Shown here piece after piece: positions 10,760-21,236 of a stretch of 64,000 nt of DNA. Source of the DNA: Spirochaetia bacterium. GTDB lineage: Bacteria > Spirochaetota > Spirochaetia > SZUA-6 > Bin103. The first letter of the stretch is position 1, and every line of letters starts with the position of its first letter. The notes under the pieces are model-generated. The model worked only from the letters and a program-made list of their open reading frames with translations. It was not told the DNA's origin and did not search any database. Position numbers and translations under genes: made by a program. Location: NCBI GenBank assembly GCA_965203905.1, contig CBDBDQ010000005.1, positions 7,136,001 to 7,200,000 of the forward strand. Reading direction: 5' to 3'.

Positions 10760-13303
10760 TCACACTTGGCGAAGCGGGTTCGAAGCCGCCTCGCCTGGCT
10801 GCGCCGAGGTCGGCGCTTGACCCCAGGTCGGTGTCGATAATCTGGATCCCTTAGTCACCGTCGTCGTCGTGTCTCTGAAATGCTTCTCCCGATACGCGCC
10901 CGGAGTACTGCCGTATTCTTTCTTGAATGCCCGGTTGATGCACTGCTTGTTTGCGAAACCGCTGCGTTGGGCAATGACGTGGACCGGCATACCCGTTGAC
11001 TCCAGAAGGCCTCGGGCGCTTTTGAGTCGCAGACTCAGAAGGTAGTGCGAGAAGCTGACACCGGTCTGCTGCTTAAAGATCGTGGACAGGTAGGTCGGTG
11101 AGATGCCGACGCTGTCGCTGACGATCTGCACCGAGATAGGCTGACGGTACCGCTCGTGAAGATAGTGGATCGCCGCCTGCACGTGACGGGAATGATACTG
11201 CTCCTGCCGGTGAACATAGTACTCTTCCTTACGGGAGATGATTGATCCCTGCGCGATCTGCCGCTTTTCTGTGGCTGCCGCGATCGCGCCTACAATCCTC
11301 TCGGAGCGGTAGTACTCGATGCTGTCGCCAGCCCCACGTTCGTTACGGAGCGCACCTGTCCCCGGGTAGAGACGGCTATACTCGAGAAGCCGTTCAGCGC
11401 TTCTGTGCGAGAGGTAGATCTCAGTGCAGCTCTCCACGGAAACTCCAACGGCGATGCGAAAACCATGCTGGAAACATCGCACGAGGTACGAGTGAAGACG
11501 GTTGGCAAGATCCACGAAGGAGTCATCCGATGCGCCCTGAAGGCAGATTATCACATACTCGGTATCTAAGAGCTGTGCGAAAGACGCGTTCTTTGCGCCG
11601 GACCGTTGTTCGACGAACTGCCGAGCTTCGTCGGAGAAGTCCGTCTTGAGGTTGTGCCTTTCGAGCAGCGCCGGCGGATACTGAACCAGAAGAACGGCGA
11701 ACCGAGGACCGCCCACATCGATGCCGTAGCCAGATAGATTCTGGAGAATGGCGCCATCGTCGGCGCGTCCGGTGAGAAGGTCCCAAAGAAACTTTTCCTT
11801 GAGCAACTCTGCATTCTTCAGGTATCGCTCCTGGGGCAGAGGGCGCGCGAAGGTGGCCTGGGTGGGCAGCTCGAAGACCTCCCAGACGGCGCTCATGCGG
11901 GCGATGGTCTCAGCCGAAGCGCACAGTCGCAGACCCATCACGCAGTTGTTGCGGTTCATCCGTCCGGCAACATGCACCAGCAGCAGGCGGTACTTCTTGA
12001 ATCTGGCCGTACGTTCTTCGGCGCTGAAGCACAAACCCTTGATCGCACTGGCTATGTTGTAGCTCATCAGCGACAGCTTCAACCACGCCGCGTTCACCCC
12101 AGAACGTTGACTGGGCATATGGCCAGCAGCCAGGCCATTCTTCAGCTCATCATGCACGTGCTCGACGGTGCCGGCCTGCAGCCTGTGCCAGTGCAGTAGC
12201 TGCCCTCCATCCCAATCCAGATTGGTCACCACCGCATGATGCTGCCGATCCGATCCACCGCTGAACAGCGAACCTTGCTCCCTCAGCAGCCGCAGCCCCA
12301 CATAGCGCAAGGGACGGCTGCTCTTGTGTTCGTAGCGCTCGGAGGGTACGAAGTCCACCTCCGCCCACTGCCGTCGCGTTCCATCCTTCTCCTTGTCGAC
12401 GGTCTTCCACTCTCGCTCATCCACCGCTTGCACCGCCGCAGCTAACTGCGGGCTCATCATCGCACTGACGGCAAACCCAATCCGCCCCCCCGGCTCTCCC
12501 TGCCGATCCTTACAGCTCAGCCACTGCAACAACTCAGTCTCATAGCAGGCGCTGTCGCCCCGGAAGTACCGCTCGGTCACCCCCTCCGGTAGCCCTTCAA
12601 AGGCCATCCGACAGCAACTCAACGGCTCCTGGTGGGCCGGTACATTCCCATCGCGAAACTCGTCGGCCATTATCAGATCGGCTTCCGCCCACACCGCCAC
12701 CATCGGTTGATATCCCCGACCACCCTGATAGTGCGCATGGGCTGCCCTCTTGTGGCTCTTGATGATCGTCGCACCCTGGTCGATCGTCGCAATCCGTTGT
12801 CTCTGCCCCTGCTCTTCATACAACCCCGCGATGCGCTCCACACCAGCCGCCTGCACCTGCTGCAACGCCTCCACACCACTACTACTGGGAAAGATGAAAC
12901 TGCGCTGGCTCTCCCGTGGCGGCCGCAGTCCCTCCAGCTGCTCGTCGTGGAACAACTCCAAGAACTCCCGCAGTGCCGTTGCCCTCGGCGGTCGGTACCC
13001 CAGCCCTCGCTCCAGACACCCATCGCCGGCAAGCAGCCCTATGTCCTCCGGACAATCCCCGCCGATGGTCTGTAGCAGGACAATCGTCTCGATCATCTGA
13101 GCCTCGGTGAAACCCCGCTGATGCATGCCCAGCCTGAGGTAGCCGCCGATGAGATCGGGGAATCCCAGACAACGGAAGGCGCGTGAGGTGGCGAGCACCC
13201 CCGCATGGGCGCTGGAGGCTTCCTCCAAGGGGCGCGTATCCAGCACGAAGGGCGTCTTGGCCATAACTGGCAGTCGAGGTGGCATGCCTATCATATAGAA
13301 CAT
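10760..13303 (-). CDS. Chimeric ORF: IS1380-family transposase fused in frame to the C-terminal part of an AraC-family regulator
   Basis: The N-terminal ~490 aa have IS1380 motifs (GYQPMVAVWAE, EFRDGNVPA, FRGDSACY, EHVHDELKNGLA). The C-terminal ~350 aa have a GGDEF-like/PucR-type region plus the AraC HTH (SPTYLSTIFKQQTG, IAQRSGF, FKKEYGSTPGAYR). Confidence 0.85.
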   Translation of the reverse strand: MFYMIGMPPRLPVMAKTPFVLDTRPLEEASSAHAGVLATSRAFRCLGFPDLIGGYLRLGMHQRGFTEAQMIETIVLLQTIGGDCPEDIGLLAGDGCLERGLGYRPPRATALREFLELFHDEQLEGLRPPRESQRSFIFPSSSGVEALQQVQAAGVERIAGLYEEQGQRQRIATIDQGATIIKSHKRAAHAHYQGGRGYQPMVAVWAEADLIMADEFRDGNVPAHQEPLSCCRMAFEGLPEGVTERYFRGDSACYETELLQWLSCKDRQGEPGGRIGFAVSAMMSPQLAAAVQAVDEREWKTVDKEKDGTRRQWAEVDFVPSERYEHKSSRPLRYVGLRLLREQGSLFSGGSDRQHHAVVTNLDWDGGQLLHWHRLQAGTVEHVHDELKNGLAAGHMPSQRSGVNAAWLKLSLMSYNIASAIKGLCFSAEERTARFKKYRLLLVHVAGRMNRNNCVMGLRLCASAETIARMSAVWEVFELPTQATFARPLPQERYLKNAELLKEKFLWDLLTGRADDGAILQNLSGYGIDVGGPRFAVLLVQYPPALLERHNLKTDFSDEARQFVEQRSGAKNASFAQLLDTEYVIICLQGASDDSFVDLANRLHSYLVRCFQHGFRIAVGVSVESCTEIYLSHRSAERLLEYSRLYPGTGALRNERGAGDSIEYYRSERIVGAIAAATEKRQIAQGSIISRKEEYYVHRQEQYHSRHVQAAIHYLHERYRQPISVQIVSDSVGISPTYLSTIFKQQTGVSFSHYLLSLRLKSARGLLESTGMPVHVIAQRSGFANKQCINRAFKKEYGSTPGAYREKHFRDTTTTVTKGSRLSTPTWGQAPTSAQPGEAASNPLRQV

Positions 13304-13382
13304 CGATAGAACTAGTGCAACCCCAAATGCCTATTCTTGAACCAGATCTGTGCATCATGGGGCATCTAGGCGAGGATCGGGG
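11830..13382 (-). mobile_element. IS1380-family element lacking its right end
   Basis: Transposase as above. Likely left end is CCCCGATCC at 13382-13374. No stop codon or right IR precedes the AraC sequence. Left coordinate is approximate. Confidence 0.7.
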
Positions 13383-13523
13383 TGACCGACCAGGTCGACG
13401 AGCCGACTCACAGCTCAAGCGGCCGCCGTACGGGACCACGTTGGCATCTTACCAATCAATTCGGTGTTGACGAACTGACTCCGCCGATCTGAGCAAAACA
13501 AACCGTTTCTAACGAGCTGATCC

Positions 13524-14522
13524 TTGTCGGAACGCAAGCAGCGTGTTAAACCCGTTGAGAGAGACGGGCCCATTATGTTGCAGGACGGCACTGCGAAGGT
13601 TGAACCGTTAAGCAAGTCAGGCAGCCGACGGTTGCGTCTGCGATACACTTTAGAGCCATATCTGTTCGTTTTGCCGGCGCTGGCGATCCTTGTCATCTTC
13701 AACTACATCCCGATGGTTGGGATCCAGATCGCGTTTCGGGACTATATTCCGTCCCTTGGCTTTTTCGGCAGCCGCTGGGTCGGCTTAGATTACTTCACGC
13801 GATTCTTCGAGAGCCCGATGTTTGGTCGGGTAGTCGGCAACACGATTCGGCTGACGTTCCTGTCGCTTCTGTTTAGCTTCCCGTGGCCGATCATGCTCGC
13901 ACTCGGACTCAACGAGCTTGACTTCACGAGCCTCAAGCGCATCTACCAGACCCTAACCTGGGCGCCGCACTTCATATCAGTCGTTGTCGTCGTCGGTATG
14001 ATCTTCCTCTTCACGTCGCCTTCCGCCGGCTTGGTTAACCACGGACTGAGGTCGCTCGGCGGCGAGACAGTTCACTTCATGGTTGAGCCCGGCTGGTTCC
14101 TCCCCCTGTACATCATCTCCGGCATCTGGCAGAGCATGGGTTTCGCCAGCATCATATACCTGGCAACGCTCAGCACGGTGAGTCCCGAGCTCCACGAAGC
14201 TGCGATAGTCGACGGTGCGACCAGGTTCCAGCGCGTTGTCAGGATCAACCTTCCGGCCCTGATGCCGATCATCGTGATCCAGCTGATACTTCATAGCGGC
14301 CAATTGCTGCGAGTTGGGTTTGAGAAGGTCTTTCTGATGCAGACTCCACTGAACTCGAGAGTGTCGGAGGTGCTGTCGACGTACACCTACCGTGTGGGGC
14401 TTCTGCAGGGAGAGTTCTCCTATGCCACTGCGATAGGGGTGTTTCAATCGGTGGTCTGCCTGGTGATGATCTTGACCGTGAACTGGATCGCCCGGAAGGC
14501 TGGTGAGACATCACTATGGTAG
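13524..14522 (+). CDS. Carbohydrate ABC importer permease (LplB-like)
   Basis: FNYIPMVGIQIAFRDY, WVGLDYFTRFF and the EAA motif (LHEAAIVDGATRFQR). True start may be ATG 13575. Confidence 0.92.
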   Translation: MSERKQRVKPVERDGPIMLQDGTAKVEPLSKSGSRRLRLRYTLEPYLFVLPALAILVIFNYIPMVGIQIAFRDYIPSLGFFGSRWVGLDYFTRFFESPMFGRVVGNTIRLTFLSLLFSFPWPIMLALGLNELDFTSLKRIYQTLTWAPHFISVVVVVGMIFLFTSPSAGLVNHGLRSLGGETVHFMVEPGWFLPLYIISGIWQSMGFASIIYLATLSTVSPELHEAAIVDGATRFQRVVRINLPALMPIIVIQLILHSGQLLRVGFEKVFLMQTPLNSRVSEVLSTYTYRVGLLQGEFSYATAIGVFQSVVCLVMILTVNWIARKAGETSLW

Positions 14523-15424
14523 TGGGCAAGAGCCGCCGTGACAGGGCGTTCGACGTCCTGAATTTCATCTTCCTCACGGTGCTGACTGCGGGTGTAGTGT
14601 ATCCGCTTGCTTTCGTAGTTTTCGCATCTATGAGCTCGCCGTTCTACGTCGGCTCCGGGAAGGTGTCTCTCTGGCCGAGAGGATTCACCCTAGGCGCATA
14701 CGACATGGTGGTTCGCGAACCGCGAGTGTGGCGAGGCTATCTGAATACGGTGTTCTATGTCGCTGTCGACATTGGCATCGGACTTGCGGTGATCCTGCCG
14801 GTGTCGTATGCGCTGTCTCGGCCAAACCGCCTAAAAGGGGCCGGCGCTATCACTTTCTTGATCGCGTTCACTATGCTTTTCAGCGGTGGCCTGATACCTC
14901 TCTACCTCGTCGTTCGCGGACTCGGTATGCTCAACACGGTGTGGGCCGTAACCATCCCGGGGACAGTCTCCGCGTTCCTGATCATCATCACCCGAACCTT
15001 CCTCAAGACTACCCTGCCGCAAGAGATGTACGATGCAGCGGAAATCGACGGAGCGAACTTTGCGCAGACATTCTTTCGGGTGGTCCTGCCGCTCTCCGCT
15101 GCCATCATAGCCGTCCTTGCGCTCTTTGTGGGGATTGGTCAGTGGAACGCATTCTTTCCACCGCTGCTGTACCTCACGGATCGTGACAAGTACCCGCTGC
15201 AACTGGTTCTTCGAAACATTCTGCTGGCCGATGAGGCGCTCGGTAGTATGGTTGATCCTTCGGCGGACCTTGAAGCAGTGGAGGCTATGGCTCGGCGACA
15301 GGAGCGGGCGACGACGATGAAGTACGCTCTGATCGTCGTCTCCTCAGCGCCGGTGTTGGTGTTATATCCCTTCTTGCAGAGACATCTCATGAAAGGAGTC
15401 ATGCTTGGCTCTATCAAGGGGTGA
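14516..15424 (+). CDS. Carbohydrate ABC importer permease (LplC-like)
   Basis: FSGGLIPLYLVV, EAA-like DAAEIDGA, YPLQLVLR, and C-terminal YPFLQRHLMKGVMLGSIKG. Confidence 0.92.
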   Translation: MVVGKSRRDRAFDVLNFIFLTVLTAGVVYPLAFVVFASMSSPFYVGSGKVSLWPRGFTLGAYDMVVREPRVWRGYLNTVFYVAVDIGIGLAVILPVSYALSRPNRLKGAGAITFLIAFTMLFSGGLIPLYLVVRGLGMLNTVWAVTIPGTVSAFLIIITRTFLKTTLPQEMYDAAEIDGANFAQTFFRVVLPLSAAIIAVLALFVGIGQWNAFFPPLLYLTDRDKYPLQLVLRNILLADEALGSMVDPSADLEAVEAMARRQERATTMKYALIVVSSAPVLVLYPFLQRHLMKGVMLGSIKG

Positions 15425-15460
15425 TTCTAGAGACAATACCCTTACACAGGAGGTAAAGGT

Positions 15461-17047
15461 ATGAGACGATTACTGGCGGTTTGTGTCGTGGCGATCGGTT
15501 CCGCGGCGCTTGTGTTCGCGGAAGGGGTGAGAGAAGAAACGACAGCACCCGATGCTCCGGTTCAACTCACGGTCGCACATGTGTATGGCCCGGTACAGGA
15601 GGACGCCGATTTTGACAACTTGTACATCACGAAACACCTCGAGGACACATTCAACGTCGACCTGCGATTCATTCTGCACCCCGCTGCGATCGGCGCAGAG
15701 AGAATGAGGCTTGCGTTCGCCTCGGGTGACCTTCCGGACTGGTTGTGGGGTAGTAACGCTGTCGACCCCGTCCACCAAGATGCGATCAAGACGGGGGCGT
15801 TCGTGCAGTTGGATGACCTTATTGCCGGAGGCACGGGATGGGTGAATAATCCGAGCTGGGACAAGATGCGATTGTCAGTTACGGAGTACGACGGTCACAT
15901 CTACACGTTGCCACGCGGCTTTGAACCCCAATATGGCGGAGAACGCTTCTTCTGGAACCTGACGTGGATGGAGGACCTAGGGATTGAGATACCCAGAACA
16001 GTCGAGGAAGTGGAAGCAGCGCTCCGCGAGTTAAGCCGGGCGCGTCCCGACGCGATCATGATAAGCGGCATGTACAGCCACGGTTATCGTACACATTCGC
16101 TATTCATGAACGCCTTCGGCATGATGTCCGCGAACCAAAGCGAGAGTCTTGGAAATCACATCAACATCATCGACGGCAAGGTGGTCTTCTCCTACGCTCA
16201 TCCGAACTACCGGCCGTTCCTCGAATACATGAATCGACTCTTCACGCAAGGCTTCGTGGATCCTGAATACTTCACGCAGCCCAACGCCCAGTTTGTCGCC
16301 AGGAGCAGAGACCCAGGAGTCTTTCTGTTCTCCGCGGCCGATACTACCCTCGTCGTCGGTAGCGAGAAGGCTTTGCAGTGGATGCCACCCTATCCGCTTA
16401 CAAGCGACTACAACCCCGATCCCTGGTGGCCGGAGATCCAGGGCTTTAGGGCCGGCAGAGCGGCAATCCTGGCGGACAGTCCTAACGTGGAAAAGGCTTG
16501 GGAGATCCTGGATTGGTTCGGAACGAAGGAGGGGGAACTCATGACCCACGGGAGGGTCTGGCCCGAGTTCTTCAGGGAAGAGTATGTGCCCGAAGGTCTG
16601 TCCAGAGAGAACGTGGTGTCGACGAATGATCCCGAGGTTTTGATGAAACCGGTGGGAGAACTGACAGCATGGGAACACATGAATACCTACCTTGCACCTT
16701 ATGGGGGCGGCGGCTCATTTGGGAATGTGGGGCAATTCATCATCCGTAAAGACCCTTATGGGACCTTAGCCTGGGACCGTTATCGTAGGATGAAAGCCCA
16801 CGCTCCGTATCTCGAGTATCGGGTCACCGACCGAGACCTCAGGTTCTCGCCGGAGGAGACTGAGATTCTTACCCGGTACGAACAGGAGTTGGCGATGTTC
16901 ATGGACGAGATGCTGGCAAAGTTCGTGATAGGCGTTGAGCCGATCACCGGCTACGACGACTACGTGCGAGAGCTCCAACGTTTCGGCCTCGCGGAAGTTA
17001 CCGCAGTCTATCAGGCCGCGTATGACCGTTGGGAAGCTGCGCGGTAG
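15461..17047 (+). CDS. Extracellular solute-binding protein (LplA-like, family 1)
   Basis: Signal peptide ending VFAEGVREE, ASGDLPD, DGHIYTLP, and C-terminal YQAAYDRW. AGGAGG RBS. Confidence 0.9.
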   Translation: MRRLLAVCVVAIGSAALVFAEGVREETTAPDAPVQLTVAHVYGPVQEDADFDNLYITKHLEDTFNVDLRFILHPAAIGAERMRLAFASGDLPDWLWGSNAVDPVHQDAIKTGAFVQLDDLIAGGTGWVNNPSWDKMRLSVTEYDGHIYTLPRGFEPQYGGERFFWNLTWMEDLGIEIPRTVEEVEAALRELSRARPDAIMISGMYSHGYRTHSLFMNAFGMMSANQSESLGNHINIIDGKVVFSYAHPNYRPFLEYMNRLFTQGFVDPEYFTQPNAQFVARSRDPGVFLFSAADTTLVVGSEKALQWMPPYPLTSDYNPDPWWPEIQGFRAGRAAILADSPNVEKAWEILDWFGTKEGELMTHGRVWPEFFREEYVPEGLSRENVVSTNDPEVLMKPVGELTAWEHMNTYLAPYGGGGSFGNVGQFIIRKDPYGTLAWDRYRRMKAHAPYLEYRVTDRDLRFSPEETEILTRYEQELAMFMDEMLAKFVIGVEPITGYDDYVRELQRFGLAEVTAVYQAAYDRWEAAR

Positions 17048-17166
17048 CAATAACGGCAACCGCCCGCCCATCTCTTGCACTACTCGCTTGGGATGGGCGG
17101 CATCCCACCCAAGCGCGATCGAGGTCATGTAAATGGAGCGTTGGCGCTCCCTGGGAGTGTAAAGAT

Positions 17167-18141
17167 ATGAATGAGACTCTGTTTACCTTCGCTCACGTCA
17201 CCGATGCGCACCTGCTGTATGTGCCTGACATGAGGAAAGAGTGGGGCCAGTGCGTGGATGCTGTGAGTCCGCTGGTCGAATCATTGAACGCAGAAAGATA
17301 CCATCCTCTGCCGGATTTCGTGGTCTTCGGGGGCGACAACGTGAACGGAGGGTGGAACGCCCCTTTCGATCACGGAGTTGTGTGCGAAAAGGAAACCCGC
17401 TGGCTCAAGAGCATCCTAGATGATCTGAAGGTTCCCTACTACCTCATTATCCACGGGCACGACACGTGGGGCGAGCACGAAGACGGCATGTTGATGCTCT
17501 ACGGTCGGATCGACGCGATTCCGCCGGGACACGACCAGGAGGGACTCGCCCTGGGCAATGCCGCGAGGAAGTACTTCGGGGACAAATGCCTCCTCCACAC
17601 GGAGCAGCTTCCGGGCGGGTTCGTGGGCATATTCATGAGCGAAGTCTATATGGAACAAGGGGAGTTCGTGACCATCGGGCGCCGCCTCGGGTGGCTTGAG
17701 GAACAGCTGGAAAAAGCGCAAGGAAAGCACGTGCTCTTCTTCTATCACGTGCCGCTTGTTTGGCCGCGTCGGCCAGAACCACACATGCAGTTCCCCAAGG
17801 GCGACGAGCCATGGAATTTCAGTGCCGCGCATCCAGACATCCGCGCTCTCCTAGGGCGCCACGGGAACGTGATAGCGCAGTACGCTGGACACTTGCACAT
17901 CAACGGTCTTCGGGTGGTCGACGGCATCCACTATGTCACCACGTCAGGGCTCACTACATACCCGGGGGAGTACCGTTTGGTGACAGTTAAGCGAGATACC
18001 ATTGAGCACCGATGCGTGCGGCTTCCCACCGGGCTGGCGGAAAAGCGGAGAGACGCCACCGACATCGAGCATCCCACGGTAGACGTATTCAACGAGGGAT
18101 TGCCGGCCGAGCGAGACTTCGTGATTCACTACCGTCGATGA
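17167..18141 (+). CDS. Metallophosphoesterase (Icc/CpdA-like)
   Basis: HVTDAH, GGDNVN, HGHD, FYHVP and AGHLH motifs. Confidence 0.85.
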   Translation: MNETLFTFAHVTDAHLLYVPDMRKEWGQCVDAVSPLVESLNAERYHPLPDFVVFGGDNVNGGWNAPFDHGVVCEKETRWLKSILDDLKVPYYLIIHGHDTWGEHEDGMLMLYGRIDAIPPGHDQEGLALGNAARKYFGDKCLLHTEQLPGGFVGIFMSEVYMEQGEFVTIGRRLGWLEEQLEKAQGKHVLFFYHVPLVWPRRPEPHMQFPKGDEPWNFSAAHPDIRALLGRHGNVIAQYAGHLHINGLRVVDGIHYVTTSGLTTYPGEYRLVTVKRDTIEHRCVRLPTGLAEKRRDATDIEHPTVDVFNEGLPAERDFVIHYRR

Positions 18142-18301
18142 GTCCCGCGGAGGTCGAGGGGCGGCCCGCTCCCAAAAAACGGCCAAGGCGCGATACTCTG
18201 TCTCGACCGGGCATAGGGAGTTGATACTCGATCGGTGTTTCTCAACATAGCTGTCGCCCTCCGATCTCGCCGTTCAGGCGCTCTTCTCTGAAGGCTCCCG
18301 T

Positions 18302-19462
18302 CTATGTTTCTCGGAAGAAGACCCCCTCCACGTCGTGAGCCTGTCTCTCATACGGCCATCCCGAGAGGACCGGTGTGTCGACCCCGCCCTCCGGTTTGAC
18401 AGTCCACGACATCCAATAGGCACATAGGATTCGATCGGAGTCCACGTATGAGAAGGTTGGGTAGCCGCAGATGCTTGACTTATATGCTCCGATGTGGCCG
18501 TATGTCGAACCAAGCCAGATGTGGTGCGGAAAGCTCCATTCGATATTATTCACGGAGTCATCCCACTTCCCATAGCTGAAGCTCACTCCACACAAGCCCG
18601 TGTCGAGATCACCCACGTAGCGGTACGCACAGAGGAGGTGTCCCTTCTTCGTGAGGAAAAGGCTCGGGGAGTGCCCGAACATGTTCCATGCGGGACGGGG
18701 CTGGCTCCACCTTTCCCCGTCTTCCGAATAGCACCAGTACAGGGGAGCTGTACCGTGTCCCTCGTGAGACCAAGGCCTCATCACTGCAAGCAGCTTCCCA
18801 CCGGGAAGCCTGATGTAGTCGGTCTCGTTTCCTATTTCATCCGCGACCGGGACGAATCTGTCCCACGTCTTGCCTAGATCTGGCGAGCTGAAGTAGCCCG
18901 TCACACTCTGGCCGTCTGCTGTGCCATTGGTCCATGCAGGCAGCAACAGTTTGCCATCCGACAGCTCCCGTATCTTGCCGTAGGCACAGCTATCCCTGAG
19001 TCCGGAATCCGGAGCCATGCCAGCGGGGTGGACCCTCACGGGTTTCTCCCAGGTTTGGCCGTTATCCTCCGACCGGATTATCCACGTAGCCCGGGGTGCC
19101 GAACTCCCGCCTGTACTGGAGGGGCTCGCGCTGAAGGGAAGTAGTATCGTGCCGTCCGAGAGCTGAGTCAGCCCTAGATGGCAGGTCACACCTTCGTAGC
19201 TGGGCGGACCTGCGACCACAAGCGGTTCGCTCCAGGTCGTACCTCCGTCGCGTGATCGTGTGACCTTCACAGCCCGTCCCATGCCTCCTTCGACGGGCGT
19301 CCACGCATACAGCGAAGACAGAAGGTCCCCATTCTGGAGTCTCTCCAGCGATGGACAGATGGACTTCACCGCGATGACGACTCTCCCGATGCGCTCCAGG
19401 GCTGGGTTCCATTGATACGCTCTGGGAGCGACGTACCCTGTCGGTCCTCCGAGTTTCCCCAT
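18302..19462 (-). CDS. BNR/Asp-box sialidase-family protein
   Basis: Four Asp boxes: SRDGGTTW, SEDNGQTW, SPDLGKTW, SEDGERW. Late GYP motif. Confidence 0.85.
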   Translation of the reverse strand: MGKLGGPTGYVAPRAYQWNPALERIGRVVIAVKSICPSLERLQNGDLLSSLYAWTPVEGGMGRAVKVTRSRDGGTTWSEPLVVAGPPSYEGVTCHLGLTQLSDGTILLPFSASPSSTGGSSAPRATWIIRSEDNGQTWEKPVRVHPAGMAPDSGLRDSCAYGKIRELSDGKLLLPAWTNGTADGQSVTGYFSSPDLGKTWDRFVPVADEIGNETDYIRLPGGKLLAVMRPWSHEGHGTAPLYWCYSEDGERWSQPRPAWNMFGHSPSLFLTKKGHLLCAYRYVGDLDTGLCGVSFSYGKWDDSVNNIEWSFPHHIWLGSTYGHIGAYKSSICGYPTFSYVDSDRILCAYWMSWTVKPEGGVDTPVLSGWPYERQAHDVEGVFFRET

Positions 19463-19659
19463 CTGATCACTCCTTTCCTCTTACGGTGTTATCCGGCACG
19501 CGACCTGACCCGGGGTCCGGCAACGAACTGACCTTACCCCTGCCGTCATTATTGATGATCGTTTATGTGTTCTTCTGTGTCAATAGCCCCTTTGGGCAAA
19601 ATCTGGGTGTATCCGGGTACCACCTTAGTCTAGTCTGGGAAACGCCGTGACGGCGATCC

Positions 19660-20165
19660 TCAGAGCAGTTTTGAGAAGGCAATGTAGGCACTTGTGGCCT
19701 GATGTGAGAAAGCGTCACTGTGAGCGTTTTTGCGGATTTTCTCATCGTACGCGCCGGCGTAAAACGGGTTCTGCAACACGTTTTCTCGAGCGCCTGCACC
19801 ACACGTCGGTTCGGGACTCTTGACCACCGCGCCGCTGCGCTCGAGAACGTAGCCCGGCGGCAGGAGGTTGAAGAACTCACCTCGACGTGCCTTCTCGGCC
19901 ATCCCGGCCTGCAACCGCAGTTTCAGCGTCGAGAGCTCCACTACGCTCAGCGTGGTTGATACCGAGCACCAGCTGATCGTCGATGAGATTCAGGTCGTAG
20001 ATCTTTCGGCATCGGCGATGAGCGTCCCGAACAGCTGACACACCTCCATTAGCCGCGCCCAGTCCTTATCGGTCCGCGAGAGTCGCGAGACCTCGCGGCT
20101 CAAGATCATCCCGACCTCTCCCACGGCCACACTCGCAACAAGCTGGTTGAACCCCGCCCGGGCCG
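19660..20165 (-). pseudogene. Large serine recombinase remnant (catalytic-domain part)
   Basis: RAGFNQLVASVAVGEVGMILSREVSRLSRTDKDWARL, then frameshifted ELSTLKLRLQAGMAEKARRGE...PPGYV...NPFYAGAY. Confidence 0.8.
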
Positions 20166-20287
20166 AATGATAGTAAAATCTATAGGACGATGTCGGGAAC
20201 GGCAAGGCGGCAGGAGCCGGAATGAGCGCGCTGAAGCGACCAAAGAAGGATGGATCAGGAGCCGTTACGTAACGGTGCGCAGTGGTC

Positions 20288-20575
20288 ATGGCGTTGACTA
20301 ACGTGCAACGACAACGGCGCTATCGAGCGCGGCGCAAGGCTCAGCAGCCGCGAGCGCAGTACCGCAGGCCGCACGATCGGCGCTCCCGACCGCAGCGCTG
20401 GCAGGATGCGGTGCGCACCCTGCTCGATCTCCAGGGTGAGTATCAAGCGTGGCTCGACACCCTGCCCGACGCGCTCCAGGAGACCGCGCTCGCCGACAAG
20501 CTGGAGGCGATTTGCGCGCTTGATCTTGGCGAACTGGAGAGCGTCGAGCCGCCGCGCGGGTATGGGCGCGACTGA
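20288..20575 (+). CDS. Small hypothetical protein of a type seen in mobile elements
   Basis: MALTNVQRQRRYRARR...RSRPQRWQDAV...PPRGYGRD; basic N-terminus and coherent codon usage. Confidence 0.55.
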   Translation: MALTNVQRQRRYRARRKAQQPRAQYRRPHDRRSRPQRWQDAVRTLLDLQGEYQAWLDTLPDALQETALADKLEAICALDLGELESVEPPRGYGRD

Positions 20576-21047
20576 GGCAACGTGCTGCCGACCCGTTGCG
20601 ACGACTGCACAATTTCCAAGCGGCGCACCGCTCGCGGTCCCGTGCCCACACGGGCGCCCGGACCGGCTCGACCGCGCCGCACCCGCGGCGGCAGCGCCAC
20701 CGCGGGCCGACATCTTGCCGGTGCCGCGCGGAACTGGCGCTCTCAGCGGCCCTGCAAGGCCCGCCACGCGAGCAGGTGGTCTCCGGATACCCTGCTGAAC
20801 CCCGAATCGTCCCTCAGGCGCTCCGTTCCGACTCCCGCCACCCGCTGTGCATGCCGCCAGCACTGACCACCGCCCTGCGATCGCCTGACCGCGCACACCG
20901 GCGCCGATCACGGCCATCCACACCGCCGGCACCACCCGCAGCCTGATGCGGACTTATCCACTTATCCACAGGCAAATCTCACCCCTTCCCCGGACCCCCT
21001 CCCCCTTTACCGCCTCCTCTTGGTATTCTCCTTCTGTACTGCCCGGG

Positions 21048-21098
21048 TGGGTCAAAAACCGACCGGCGTTTTGGCTCACTTTCCGACCGGCGCACGCA
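21048..21098 (+). mobile_element. Orphan IS21-type terminal repeat array
   Basis: Two 21-bp imperfect repeats, TGGGTCAAAAACCGACCGGCG and TGGCTCACTTTCCGACCGGCG, followed by a CA-ending terminus. Confidence 0.55.
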
Positions 21099-21236
21099 CG
21101 CGTGCTTCGCCAATTCGTCAATCGCGCTCGGGTAGAGCCCGATCTCGAGGTATCCAGCGTTCCCCTCGACTGGATTATAGACCGTCCCCTCCTCCAGGTA
21201 GATACCGGAAAACCGACCATGACCGCGTAGACTCGG

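Noticed and set aside
8905-10854. 649-aa plus-strand ORF
   Set aside because: Antisense shadow of the GH10-like gene; no motifs.
20954-20970. DnaA-box-like TTATCCACT/TTATCCACA as a replication origin
   Set aside because: Only one perfect box, in IS debris, with no dnaA/rep gene or AT-rich unwinding element.
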